DNA of 64,000 nucleotides from positions 659,913 through 723,912 of the forward strand of contig JBAZKQ010000001.1 of the NCBI GenBank assembly GCA_041650715.1. The letters run 5' to 3'. The position numbers and the translations under genes are program-made. The DNA comes from Patescibacteria group bacterium. Lineage in GTDB: Bacteria; Patescibacteriota; Patescibacteriia; Patescibacteriales; UBA12465. Shown piece after piece: positions 44,934-55,800 of the stretch (the stretch's first letter is position 1; each line of letters starts with the position of its first letter). Below the pieces are notes generated by a model. That model was not told the DNA's origin. It ran no database searches and saw only the letters and a list, made by a program, of their open reading frames with translations.

Positions 44934-46256
44934 TTAGTTCTTCATCAGGCGGAGACCATAGCCGAAGCGTATGTCCGAATAAACAGTAGGATTGAAATAG
45001 CAATTTTGGCTATCAATAAAGGCTTTATTAGCAACACCCCCAGCATCTTCAACGCCCCAAAGACAAGCAATGTCTTTCAAGCCCGAGAAGACACCAGTGC
45101 GCACATCCACGAACCCGTTTGGCAAGGCGGTGAATCCGGAAGAGTTAGTAGCAACTCGGCTGGTTTCTCCCCAATGTACGTGGCCTTCTTCCATGAGCAT
45201 TTTTCCGGCATAGTATTCCCATGAAGTGTCCTGAGACATTAACAGATCTATAAAATCATGGAAAAGAGGCGTATGCCAACCGACGATAAGACCTCTGGGG
45301 TCTGCTCCGACGTACCAATTGTATAGTGCGCCGTAGACTTCCCCGTTCTTAGGGTCATTGTCATAGTAGGTCCAGGCACCAGATTCTAATTCAATCCATT
45401 TTGCCGGGTCACTTACATGAGTGATTGGGTCACCGTTAGCATAATGGGTAGTCCTGAGGTTTTCCTGCAGCCAGGTTTGTGTGCCGATTGTGATTATGTG
45501 GTACATATTACCATCATAATCCTTCACGGCGTAGGTCTTGAAGGATAAAGTGTCACTTACTACTTTTCCGGCTTTGTTTTCGACCGTTAGGCGATACTGG
45601 TAAACGGTGTTACGAGTAAGGGAGCTCAAATCGAGACTGACTTTTAGGGAGTCAGCACCGCTATAGTCGCTTCCCAGAATTTTAGTAGTCCACTCAGCGT
45701 CATTTGCTTGCCTATAATCGATAGAGACAACGCTTGAAGGTTGGTTAGGAATAACGATAGCGCTAACTGTAGCACTTTCGAATTTCACGTTCACGGCTTC
45801 TTTGATTACTGCTATCGGCATAACGAGAACCGGCGGGATAGTTGTATTGGTGGTTAAATAACCACTGGCAGAACTTGAACCGGCGGTGTTCGTTGCCGTA
45901 AAGGTATAATTGTACTTTGTACCCGGTTTTAAACCGGACAAAGTTACAGAAGCGTAAACAGCCTCTGAACCACTGTATTTGACTGTCGAGACGATTGAAT
46001 CAGTCGTATTAGTGGCAACATCTTTATACTCTACCGAGACGATAACGTTGTCGCCATTGGGAACAAGGCGAACAACGACATTTGCTGTGGTTTCTTGGAC
46101 TGACTCCATTTGGAGTGCAATCACTGGTTTGCTTTTTACCGGCTCAATCGGTTCGTCTGGACGACAAGCCGAGAACGAAAGGGCCAAAGAAATAATAATA
46201 GTGGTGGCCAGGAAAGCTATCGCCTTCCTCGTGCCGATTGCTGTGATTGCTTTCAT
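44934..46256 (-). CDS. Lipoprotein with Ig/FN3-like repeats and a C-terminal FISUMP (Fibrobacter succinogenes major paralogous, TIGR02145-like) domain
   Basis: Lipobox LSFSAC. The C-terminal motifs DYDGNMYHIITIGTQTWLQENL, YGALYNW and GWHTP match the FISUMP pattern. Confidence 0.75.
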   Translation of the reverse strand: MKAITAIGTRKAIAFLATTIIISLALSFSACRPDEPIEPVKSKPVIALQMESVQETTANVVVRLVPNGDNVIVSVEYKDVATNTTDSIVSTVKYSGSEAVYASVTLSGLKPGTKYNYTFTATNTAGSSSASGYLTTNTTIPPVLVMPIAVIKEAVNVKFESATVSAIVIPNQPSSVVSIDYRQANDAEWTTKILGSDYSGADSLKVSLDLSSLTRNTVYQYRLTVENKAGKVVSDTLSFKTYAVKDYDGNMYHIITIGTQTWLQENLRTTHYANGDPITHVSDPAKWIELESGAWTYYDNDPKNGEVYGALYNWYVGADPRGLIVGWHTPLFHDFIDLLMSQDTSWEYYAGKMLMEEGHVHWGETSRVATNSSGFTALPNGFVDVRTGVFSGLKDIACLWGVEDAGGVANKAFIDSQNCYFNPTVYSDIRFGYGLRLMKN

Positions 46257-46375
46257 GGTTATGGATTTTTTGGGTTTAGGATTAGGATTAGATTTGGGTT
46301 TAGGTTTATTTTTAGTTTTAAAAGGGCAATTATGCTTGATTAATTGGATTTTCCAAGCTAATTAAGCATACCTAT

Positions 46376-46404
46376 ATTATACTACTAATTATTGATTTTG
46401 TCAA
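46376..46404 (-). promoter_or_regulatory. Consensus sigma70-type promoter for the FISUMP lipoprotein gene
   Basis: Minus strand: TTGACA (46404-46399), 17 nt, TATAAT (46381-46376). Confidence 0.7.
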
Positions 46405-46549
46405 TGGCGGCTCAATAGTTCAATAGCTTGGAAACACTTAGCTCAAAAAGGCATATAATCAGGGATTAATAATTAAACATATGCCATATACAATTAATCC
46501 CCAGATGCCCCATCTCCAGTAGCCGAAGAAAGCGCCAAACAGTGCAAGA

Positions 46550-47077
46550 TTAACTATGCCTTTTTGATAACGATAAGATTTTATTAATGAAAATTATCTT
46601 TTGAGTATAGTAGTCTTTTTCTGAGAAGCCATTACATTTTGATTTTATATTTTCATATTCCAATAGTGCTTTATTATTGTGTTTTAAGTACTTTTCGAAT
46701 GCGACACTTTCTTTCCAAGCAAAGTCGTTCTTATTCACTAAAAATATCTCTATTTTTACATCATCTATATATTTAATAAATCTGACCCTTTTTAATGGGT
46801 ATACACTGCCCGGTTTTCCCAAATAACTGGTTAACTTCTCTAATTGCGTATTAAACGCCTTTTTAGCTACTGGTATGTATAAATCTATTTCCCCTTGACC
46901 TGATATCCTTAAATTAGTCGAGCCACGATGCGATATCCTGGTTTTTCCTAAAACCTTAATTAAATCACTCTTTATTATTTTAAAAACTTTTTTGGTTTCA
47001 GGATTATAAGGAACAACGCGCATTTTAGTCATATCGCTTAAATGGTTTAACCAAATTTGTTGCTCCCTGGTAATCAT
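46550..47077 (-). CDS. GrpB-family protein (nucleotidyltransferase-like)
   Basis: ISHRGSTNLRISGQGEIDLYIPV resembles the GrpB H-x-GST ... D-x-D motif. Confidence 0.55.
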   Translation of the reverse strand: MITREQQIWLNHLSDMTKMRVVPYNPETKKVFKIIKSDLIKVLGKTRISHRGSTNLRISGQGEIDLYIPVAKKAFNTQLEKLTSYLGKPGSVYPLKRVRFIKYIDDVKIEIFLVNKNDFAWKESVAFEKYLKHNNKALLEYENIKSKCNGFSEKDYYTQKIIFINKILSLSKRHS

Positions 47078-47161
47078 GGTCTTATTTTATCCTTTCTATT
47101 CGCGTTTTCTGGCTCGAACGACCTCCCTCGCGAAAGATTTGCAAATATTTAATTAATATTT

Positions 47162-47620
47162 TTAATGCATTAATTGTTTTACGTAATTATTTGAAGCTTC
47201 GAGACTCTTTTTATCATCTTCAAATTTTAGAATTTTTACTGCTTCATTAAAATCGAACCAGCCGTATTCCGTGTGTTCCTCGTTTATCAGTACTACTTGG
47301 TTTTCATCTATCTGGGATGCGAATGCTATCACTGTTGTTGGGATATCCTTGTAATTAAAAACGAATCTATATAATTCATCACTATTATTCAAAAAAACAC
47401 TAATCCCAGTTTCTTCTAAAATTTCCCTTCTCTGGCATTGCCCAACATTTTCATTCATTTCCATTGTTCCATTCACAGCATTCCAAAAACCTCCTCTTCC
47501 CTCGTTTCTTTTTAAGAGCAAAAATTGCGGTTCGTTATTATGAATCTTAAAAATTATTGTTTGAATTATAATCGGTAATTTTTTTACCATAAATTTTATC
47601 AAGATATTTAATCTTGCCAT
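47162..47620 (-). CDS. NUDIX hydrolase
   Basis: Nudix box GTMEMNENVGQCQRREILEETGI. The start is uncertain (Met1 or Met11). Confidence 0.8.
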   Translation of the reverse strand: MARLNILIKFMVKKLPIIIQTIIFKIHNNEPQFLLLKRNEGRGGFWNAVNGTMEMNENVGQCQRREILEETGISVFLNNSDELYRFVFNYKDIPTTVIAFASQIDENQVVLINEEHTEYGWFDFNEAVKILKFEDDKKSLEASNNYVKQLMH

Positions 47621-47640
47621 TAATTAAATTTTTTTCCATT

Positions 47641-47669
47641 ATTATACTTTTTGGCGGCAGATAAGTCAG
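47641..47669 (-). promoter_or_regulatory. Candidate promoter for the NUDIX gene
   Basis: Minus strand: CTGACT, 17 nt, TATAAT (47646-47641). Confidence 0.4.
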
Positions 47670-47777
47670 CGAGTTCAACAAGTAAACGCAGTACCTCTAT
47701 AATTTACAGGGGTATTTCAAAGAATCACAAACAATTAAGTAATGAGGACCGGAAGACTATCAAAACTATCCCTCGGA

Positions 47778-48782
47778 TCATTTAATTACTTTAAGAACCG
47801 CTTTATTGTTTCTTAAGTTCATTTCTATCTTCCCTCCGATGGGCAAGGTTAGCATGGGGTCGGTGTGCCCAAAATCGACGTTGGCTAAAACGGGAATATT
47901 TCTTAATTCAGTTCTTGAATTAATAATGTATTTAATTTTTTTAAGATCCATCTCGCATTTAACCGGAAAACGACCAATAATTATTCCTTTTATATGTTTA
48001 GAATCAGGCAAATGCAATACTGACTGAAGATTGCGGCAGAACTCACCGAAACAATCTTCGCCCGCCAAATCGTCATCTTCGATTAACAAAATAGAGTTTT
48101 TTAGGCTCGGCATATACTCTGTTCCCTGTAATAAATTTAGTGAGCAGAGATTGCCGCCGATTATTGTTCCCCTTGCCTTCCCATCACTAATAACTTTATA
48201 ACCTTTATTAGTGTAGAAAGTTCTATTATCCTGATCTCGGTACCATTTATCATTACTCCATTTTTTACTCGGTGAGATTATATAATCGGCGGATGACAAA
48301 AGACTTTTCTTAAAATATTCCAAGGTATAATCTAACCCTATCTTCATGCCAAATTTAAAGTAATTTGGTCCAAAATAGCTTGTTATTCCTGTCTTGCGGT
48401 AAATAGCATTAATAAGCACTGTGTTATCAGACGAACCAATTATCGGCTTGGGATTGTTCTTAATTATTTTCCAGTCAATATGGCTTAATAAATCATTAGA
48501 ATTGAATCCGCCCGTTGAGCAAATAATTGCTTTTGCGCTCTTATCCTTAAAAGCATTATGTAAATCATCAAGTCTATCCTGCAAAGAAGATGTGCCGTAT
48601 AAATTGACCTTACCGGAGTTCTTAGCGTATTTAATACTAAGCCCAAAGTATTTTTCGAAATTAACTCTGGCCAGATTAAAGACTGCCGAATCCGTTTTTA
48701 GCGACCCTGATGGAGAAATAACCATGACCGAGTCGCCATTATTAAATTTGAAATTATTTATATTTGTTGATTTTTTATTCAT
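47778..48782 (-). CDS. LD-carboxypeptidase (peptidase S66, LdcA/MccF-like)
   Basis: Motifs GDSVMVISPSG, STGGFNSNDLL, IGSSDNTVL (Ser nucleophile), GGNLCSLNLLQGT and DFGHTDP. Confidence 0.85.
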   Translation of the reverse strand: MNKKSTNINNFKFNNGDSVMVISPSGSLKTDSAVFNLARVNFEKYFGLSIKYAKNSGKVNLYGTSSLQDRLDDLHNAFKDKSAKAIICSTGGFNSNDLLSHIDWKIIKNNPKPIIGSSDNTVLINAIYRKTGITSYFGPNYFKFGMKIGLDYTLEYFKKSLLSSADYIISPSKKWSNDKWYRDQDNRTFYTNKGYKVISDGKARGTIIGGNLCSLNLLQGTEYMPSLKNSILLIEDDDLAGEDCFGEFCRNLQSVLHLPDSKHIKGIIIGRFPVKCEMDLKKIKYIINSRTELRNIPVLANVDFGHTDPMLTLPIGGKIEMNLRNNKAVLKVIK

Positions 48783-48794
48783 ACAGTTAGCTAT

Positions 48795-48823
48795 ATTATA
48801 CTACTAAATATCGGCTTTGTCAG
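48795..48823 (-). promoter_or_regulatory. Promoter of the LD-carboxypeptidase gene (near-leaderless)
   Basis: Minus strand: CTGACA, 17 nt, TATAAT (48800-48795). The -10 box ends only 12 nt before the ATG at 48782. Confidence 0.55.
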
Positions 48824-48898
48824 GTCAATACAATATTAAAAAACACCGATTTTGTCGGTGTTCATTTTGGGTTAAATTTACGTTTTGCGACGGCCGGG

Positions 48899-49066
48899 CT
48901 ATTTTAGTTTCCGTAGGATTTTTTTAAAAAAATTGCCCAGACTTTGAATAAGTACATTGAACGATTCGCTGCGCGCCTTTTGGATCTCATCATAAACTTG
49001 CGGTGACACCGATCGTGCCAAATGAGCATCATTATTCGAATGAATCTCTTCTATGCTTGTTTGCAT
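48899..49066 (-). CDS. Small hypothetical protein (55 aa)
   Basis: Below the track cutoff. A strong SD (aagaggaggtagcc) precedes the ATG at 49066. My translation is MQTSIEEIHSNNDAHLARSVSPQVYDEIQKARSESFNVLIQSLGNFFKKILRKLK*. Confidence 0.45.
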   Translation of the reverse strand: MQTSIEEIHSNNDAHLARSVSPQVYDEIQKARSESFNVLIQSLGNFFKKILRKLK

Positions 49067-49167
49067 GGCTACCTCCTCTTTTAAAGGTTTAACTTATATT
49101 TTGATATTGATATAATACCTCAATACATGAGTTTTATCAATTCTAAAGATATAGGGGAAATTAAAAA

Positions 49168-49215
49168 CCCGTCTAAGTTGTTCCACGTATCGTTGATACG
49201 TGGGGCTTAGGCGGG
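49168..49215 (-). terminator. Two-tier hairpin terminator (related to 43369-43415)
   Basis: Outer stem cccgtctaag/cttaggcggg and inner stem ccacgtatc/gatacgtgg. On the minus strand it is followed by TTTTTAATTT. Confidence 0.6.
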
Positions 49216-49277
49216 TGATTTCGCGAGATTTTTTGCACGTGGCTTTGCGATTTTTTTCGAATTTTTTCTTGGTTTTT

Positions 49278-49739
49278 TCATAGAATCAACCAGGTTTCAT
49301 ACTCGAAAGTAACCTTGTTCATTCCCTTTTTTAGGGTTATCGGGATAAGATTGTCAGTGTCGGCATTGCTATTAAGAAGCTTCCATTGACACTGATAACC
49401 ATTGATAGTGCCGATAATAAGGAGACCAATGCGACTATTTTTGCCAATTAAAGCGGTAGCATCTTTGCCGGCAAATTTAATTACAAACACCGCACTCGGG
49501 GCAACACTTTGCTGGCTATAGCCACCTGATAGGGCGCTATTGTAAATCCCGAATTCAACAGAATTAAACGAGGTAACGGATGAAGTTTTAACTGTTACTT
49601 CAATCATAACGCTATCATTGAGACTCGCCGACGTTGAGTCTTCCTTTTTAGGGTCGGGATCATTAGTAATTTTTCCACAACCGATAAAGGCTGTAGATAG
49701 GATGAGTATTATCATCCCAAAGAGGTTCATCTTTTTCAT
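49278..49739 (-). CDS. Hypothetical lipoprotein
   Basis: Signal MKKMNLFGMIILILSTAFIGCG with lipobox FIGC. Confidence 0.65.
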   Translation of the reverse strand: MKKMNLFGMIILILSTAFIGCGKITNDPDPKKEDSTSASLNDSVMIEVTVKTSSVTSFNSVEFGIYNSALSGGYSQQSVAPSAVFVIKFAGKDATALIGKNSRIGLLIIGTINGYQCQWKLLNSNADTDNLIPITLKKGMNKVTFEYETWLIL

Positions 49740-49809
49740 GGTTTCTATGTTTTTGAGGGTTTATTTGGGATTATTGGATTTAAATTTTAAGAGAACTGGT
49801 ATAGTTTCA

Positions 49810-49838
49810 ATTATACTATTTTACTATGATTTTGTCAA
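49810..49838 (-). promoter_or_regulatory. Consensus sigma70-type promoter for the lipoprotein gene
   Basis: Minus strand: TTGACA (49838-49833), 17 nt, TATAAT (49815-49810). Confidence 0.7.
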
Positions 49839-49870
49839 GGCTTCGCAAAATACTGGAGTTTTATTCTCCC

Positions 49871-52800
49871 TTAACCACTATAACCATAATAACCATCTTG
49901 CCCCCAATTATCAAGTATCTTAATTCCGAAATTAGTAACCGGACCGGTACTTTTATAGTAATGATAGAAGATATGAGGATTAGCGGCTGAAGAGCGGCTA
50001 TCCTGGCCGGTAATAACCTGGGTCGTGCCGTCGCCCCAATAAATATAAATGCTCTTTAAGGGCTGCTGCTCCGGGTCAATCATCGTTGTGAACTCTAAAC
50101 TATAAATTCCCTTTTCATTAATCGTAAAAGTGCTGCCATTGGCGACGACCTGACCCTTATATTTAATTTTTATGTCGCTTCCGATACGCGGCTTAATCGC
50201 GCAGAAAGAAGCGGCTGATTCGCTCACACTATTATAGGAAGCTACCGGGCGCACACCGTTCGCACAAAGCCCTGGCGTCGAATCTAAGGAACCGGAATTC
50301 GTGGTATAACTCCCGTCAGAAAAACCGAAGGAGTTATAAGACTTAAGAAATAAATTCCTTAATATCACCTTAAAATCAGGACCTCCATTAAGAAGAGTGT
50401 CGTTGGCCCCCAAATAATTGGACCATAAAGGCACACAGGAACCAAAACCGCCATCGCTGCAAGTCTTACGTGAGACATAATCGGTACTCGTGCCATTTCC
50501 GACCAAGCAATAAACATTCGGGTCTAAACTACAGTAACCGATTTCCGAGCAGCCGCTGCCTAATTCCGTAGTATTCCCCGCACCCTTTTTATAATTCGAA
50601 CAGCCATAGGGCCGACCGGCTAAAACGCTCTCATTATTTTTTGCTGAGAATTGATTGCGTAAATTAACCGCCTCGCTACTGAGGAGGTTAAAGTTGTCCG
50701 GCCAAAGCGCGGCGCCGAAAGGCGTATCCTGACGATTGCGGCCATACGCGGAAATCTTATGAATACTACTGGTGACATTACCGAAGAATGTCCATAAAGA
50801 GGCGGCGTGATCCGTAAAATAAGGCGGAGTCGTAGTCGACCATAAGGAATTTATTCCTGTCCTTACCGCCCAGGCTTGGTTATCGCCATTATAATCGACC
50901 GCCTGGACAAAATTATTACAGGTTAGGCGGAAAATTTTATCCTGATCCGTACCGGAAATTAATTTGAGGCCATCTTCATCGGCGGGCATATGCGCATAAT
51001 CAAGCACGCGTATTGCCGGGTCGGCGTTTTTTTCTTCATCAAGATTTGTGCACTTGCTATCATCGCAAGACGCAATACTTGTATTATTTTTCGCATAACC
51101 ATTATATTTATACCATCCATTGCTGTTGACTACGACATCGAGTCTTGGGTCAGATTCTCCGCCATTAGTTCGATTTTCTCCAACCCCGAGCAAAGTGCTC
51201 TCACCTGAATTTAGAGAATAAGTATCTCGAACAATATCGCCCTCCATAATTTGTGCTATTAAACCAGGCTTTCTCGGCACACACCAATCGTTACCCATAC
51301 AATGGTCATGATTGCCGACTGAATGACCATATTCATAATAAAGAAGTACATAATCAGCACCGCAGAAGGTGTTTGAATCCGCCAAAGACTGAAAGCCATT
51401 ATAGGAATTACCCGAATCGCAACCCCCTAAAGTGTCACTATTTGCAATTAAAATTGTCTTTCTCTTCTCGACCAAATCAAAATTACCATTCACTTCCGTG
51501 CAATAGTTCAAGGGGAATTTGCCTTGGTAACCTGAAGTATTGCGTTCGGTTAAGGACGAGGAGATTGAATCGACCGGATACCACATTAAGCACACATCCT
51601 TATTATTCGGATCATGTTTTAAGCAATAACCCTCCCAGCCGTCAGACAAAACATTATTATTTTTATTGACGCAAGTTAAACTATCATTCGTCGGGTAAAG
51701 CCGGCATTCACGCGCGACATACTGCGTTTTCCCGCCCGCGTCTTTGCCGACTGCGAGCACCGGTTCGATATTTATGTCATCAATATAGATTTCGCGATCA
51801 CTCTTCTCATCACTGGTACCGATATAAATTTTTATATTCTTCGTGTTGTCGCCGGTATTAAACGCTAATATCTGACGGCTCCAGCCGCTATTGGAATATA
51901 CCGTACTCGAAGAGATTGTATTTTCTCCATTAGTACTGGTTTGCTCTGTAATCTTAATATAAGCGCCCAAGCCCGTATTCTTAGTATTCAATAAAAAATT
52001 TACAAAATATTGGCTCTTAGGAATAACCGTTGTCCAGTTATTACTCGACTGCGGCGAGACAAGGTAGGAGGCCGGGACGCGCAAAAAGCTTGCACCGTGC
52101 GCCGGATAATCCGTCGGCGTTTTCTCCGGTTCACGCACCAGCAGATCGGAAACAATATTCTTAGTGAAAAGACAAGTACCGCCACCAACTCGCTGGCAGC
52201 TTAAAGCCGGGACATTATCTTCGAAGTCAAAATGCGCATCCGTATTTACCCCGACCTCGGTCATGTTAGCTAAATGGTATTTATCCAAAAGATAATAACC
52301 GGTGGCGTTTTTATTGCTGCCGCTCGCGTCAAATTTAATATTTCCCGTCGCCTCATCTTCAAAATTCGCACATTCATTCTGGTCATTTAAACGAGTACAT
52401 TCCCCGACAGCGTAACAGGTTCTCTCTTTCGTTTCCGGATCCTGAACGTAAGTCATGCAATCAAGCCATTTTGAGCAAACACGATTCGGGCTAACTTTTA
52501 TTAATTGGTTAGCCGTGCACGAGCCCGCCACGGTACTATCGCAATTGGCCGGTGCCGCCTTACTAACGCTTGCCTGCGCGTCCCATTTATTACTTAAATC
52601 TACCAGGCCGCTGGCCCCATTAATGCTCCGTTCGTTGAATAAAATACAGCCGGCATCAACATTATATATCCCATTACAACTCGACTTATCCATGTCCGTC
52701 TTTAATTGATAATTGGTAATGGCGTTTTTAAGTTCAATCGTTTTCCCGGCCGCTCCGCCCGTCACAACGACACTGGTGTTACTTAAGCTCGTAAATATTC

Positions 52801-55800
52801 GGCTCTGATTTGTCTGTGCCGGAATTACTATACTATTCGTCGTGGTTGCCAAAGAATTATCACTTAATAATTCTTTCACGCCCGAACTGAAAGTCAGGGT
52901 CGTTTCCGAGCTGCTGCTATTATTGCGTGTCGAGAAAATATAAAGTTTATTCGCCTCAATTGAAATGCTTTGCCTAAACGATGAGTCCCAACCCTCGGCT
53001 TTACCGCCCACAAGTTCGTAGCTTGGATTATAAACCAAATTCGGAACGTATTGGCTCACTGGATCGATATATTCGCTGCAGCCGGCCGCTTTCGCTTCGC
53101 ATAAGCCCGCTTGCAAATCCGGCGTCGGCACTTGGTTCCCTGACCCGCCGAGTCCAAAAGTCTTCAAATATGAACTTGAACATAGATAATCGTTGGTATC
53201 GATAATACAGGAAGGGTTCGCGCAATCGCTATCAATCGTACAAATTTTTCCGGATTTTTCCAGGTTATCGATTGTTCCACTCCCGTTAAGATCACAACGC
53301 TTAACCGGAATCTTATACCAGGCTTTACCGGCGATAGTCGTATCTTGACTTGACCGGTATTGGCAAGCATTGCTCCCTGGGTCGCGGAAATAATTTAGGG
53401 TGCCAACACTATCCTTCCATTCTTCGCAGCCGACCTCACCTTGCCCGCATAAAATTGAATCGTATAAATTAGGATTGTTTTCCTTATAAACATCGGACCA
53501 ATCGCCCGTACCGCTGGCACTCATGCCCAAACGGCTGCAGCCCAAATCTGCCGAATTGCATTGCTTTTTGGCATCATAAACAACATACATCGCTTTATCG
53601 CGGTCTACTTTAATGCAGTCCGGCTCATTGCTTTCGCATGTGCCGTTAGCGTTAGTATCATTCCAGAGTCCGGCGCCATAGGGAGAATAATTCTGCGTGG
53701 CGATTACTTGTTCGCAGCCAACGGCTGAGTCTGAACAAAGTTTAGAGAATTTACGCAGATTATGTTTTAAATTATCTCGATCTAAATACTGCGTGCAGCC
53801 TAAGTTATAGTCCGCTCCTTGATACTCATCGTTCATGTCGTAATAACATATATCCGGAATTACGCTTGTGTCCTTAATCAAATAATAACGATCGGTAATC
53901 TCTGTTAAAACCACATCATCGAAATAAAAATCATGGTTGGCGCTAATCAGCAATTTTTCGGCCGGAGTAATTTCATGATCTAAATTCTCTAAATTCGTCG
54001 TATAAATATTCCATTCACCGCCCCCTTTAACAACCAGAGTGCTTGAAGCAAAATAGGCTTTCTGAGGATTGGCCGCGTCATTATTTGAGAAATATATTTG
54101 CGGTTTCGTATCAACGCTGGCCTTAGCGATAAAGCGCAGACTATAGGATTTCCCTTGCTTAACTAAATTACTAACGTCAAGTTGCGCCACGACATTAGCC
54201 GAAGCGAAAACCTGACTGATTACCGGGAGTTTAGCGACCGGGCTCTGTCCTTTACTCGCCAAAACGGAACAATTGGTCGCGCCATCTTTATATAATATGG
54301 AATGGCCGTCTTTATCATTAGAAATAGTTGTGAGTTGGACGCCGCCCTCGCAGTTTGAGGACCAACCTTGAGTATCGGATTCGAAATCATAGGAAGATAC
54401 AGTCCGTACATTATTACCGCTATTGCCATTATATTCGCGGCAACCGTTTTGCGCGGCTTGGCAAGTCTTGCCTTCACCCGGGATTACTTGATAAATACAA
54501 GCATTCGATAACATATCCCAAGTGCCGCCGTTTGAACAAACATTACAAACACTGTTGGCAGCATCCCAATGGCTACTATCCGGGCTGGCCGCACAAGCGA
54601 TGGCTGTCAGCCGTGTTTTATCGACGTTCTTTTCGCTCATGCGATAAGCATGGCAATTATCCGCACAGGTGATAGTTTTGGAAATCAAATGATAATAAAC
54701 CTGGCCCGCGGAATTATAAAATTCTCGGCAATCGGCATTATAAGTGGGATCACTTAAGCTGGCGTTATAAATAGACGCATTGCATAAAGCGCTATCATCG
54801 GAGCTAACAACTGGCGCGCCCAAGGCATCTTTCTTCAAACTATAGGCGCGTAATTGATAACCGCTATCAACTCCTTCCCAACTATAGAAACTGCCACATT
54901 GCGTCGGGTTTGGTTTAATACACTGCTTAATGGCCGTATAATATTCTTTACTCTCTCCGCCCTGATTAACCGCATCTAAATTAGTAAATTCGCTGCACCC
55001 GGCCGCATCCGCGCTACAGGCCTGGGCATTACCAGGAATAATATTAACCGCTTGCGGCGAATTGAAATAGGAGGATCGCGAAATATAAGTATCATAACCA
55101 AGACACTGGCCGGAACAATAATCAGTACTGGATACTTGAGCCGAAACTTTCAAACCGTTATTGACCCCGGTAAATAATTCGCAACCAACTTCAGCTTGAT
55201 TACATTTACGCGCAAAATTTGCGCATTCGGCCGGGGCGTCGGCGCGCAGACGGTAATCTTTAGTCGCGCTCGACACATTATTATAGCAAGCTGCCTCCAG
55301 ATACGGCGGAATAATTTTTTCATATACCTTATAGGTGCCGTAAATATTATAGCCGGTAGCGAAATCGCTTATTTCAAATTTTAAATTTTTAATATAAACC
55401 TTTACATCATTGGTGCTGGAATCGGCATTAATGCCGAAGAAGGGTTCGCTAAAAGAACCGCCCGCAACCCGAGTAACACTTAGGCGCTGCCAAGTGCCGG
55501 TTACGGATGTTCCCTGGACAAAACCGTCGGCCGAATTTCCTAAATAGAGACTGGCCAAATGACCCTCCGCTAAATAAACATCCGCGCTGACCGTGTATGA
55601 CTGTCCGGAAATCAATTGAAAATTATCCGGTAAAAGCGGATATTGGGTATTTGAGTACATGCCGACGACCGGATAACTGATATTGCCAGTGGCACGGGTA
55701 ACGACTAATTTCAAAGCTTTACCATCCGCTCCACCCGGTTCTTGCGCTGCGTCGACAATACTGGCGACGCGGCTGCTATTAATAGTATTAGTCGAAGACC

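Noticed and set aside
46261-46320. G/T-rich pseudo-telomeric repeat (gggtttaggattaggattagatttgggtttagg).
   Set aside because: It is imperfect and short. It lies inside the 5' leader between the mapped consensus promoter and the ATG of the FISUMP gene, so low-complexity leader sequence is the better explanation.
47099-47134. GC-rich hairpin ttcgcg-ttttctggctcgaacgacctccct-cgcgaa, which looks like a tRNA T-arm fragment (a possible island boundary).
   Set aside because: Only a TCGAAC core is present. I could not build a matching T-stem or acceptor sequence, so there is not enough evidence to call it a tRNA remnant or att site.
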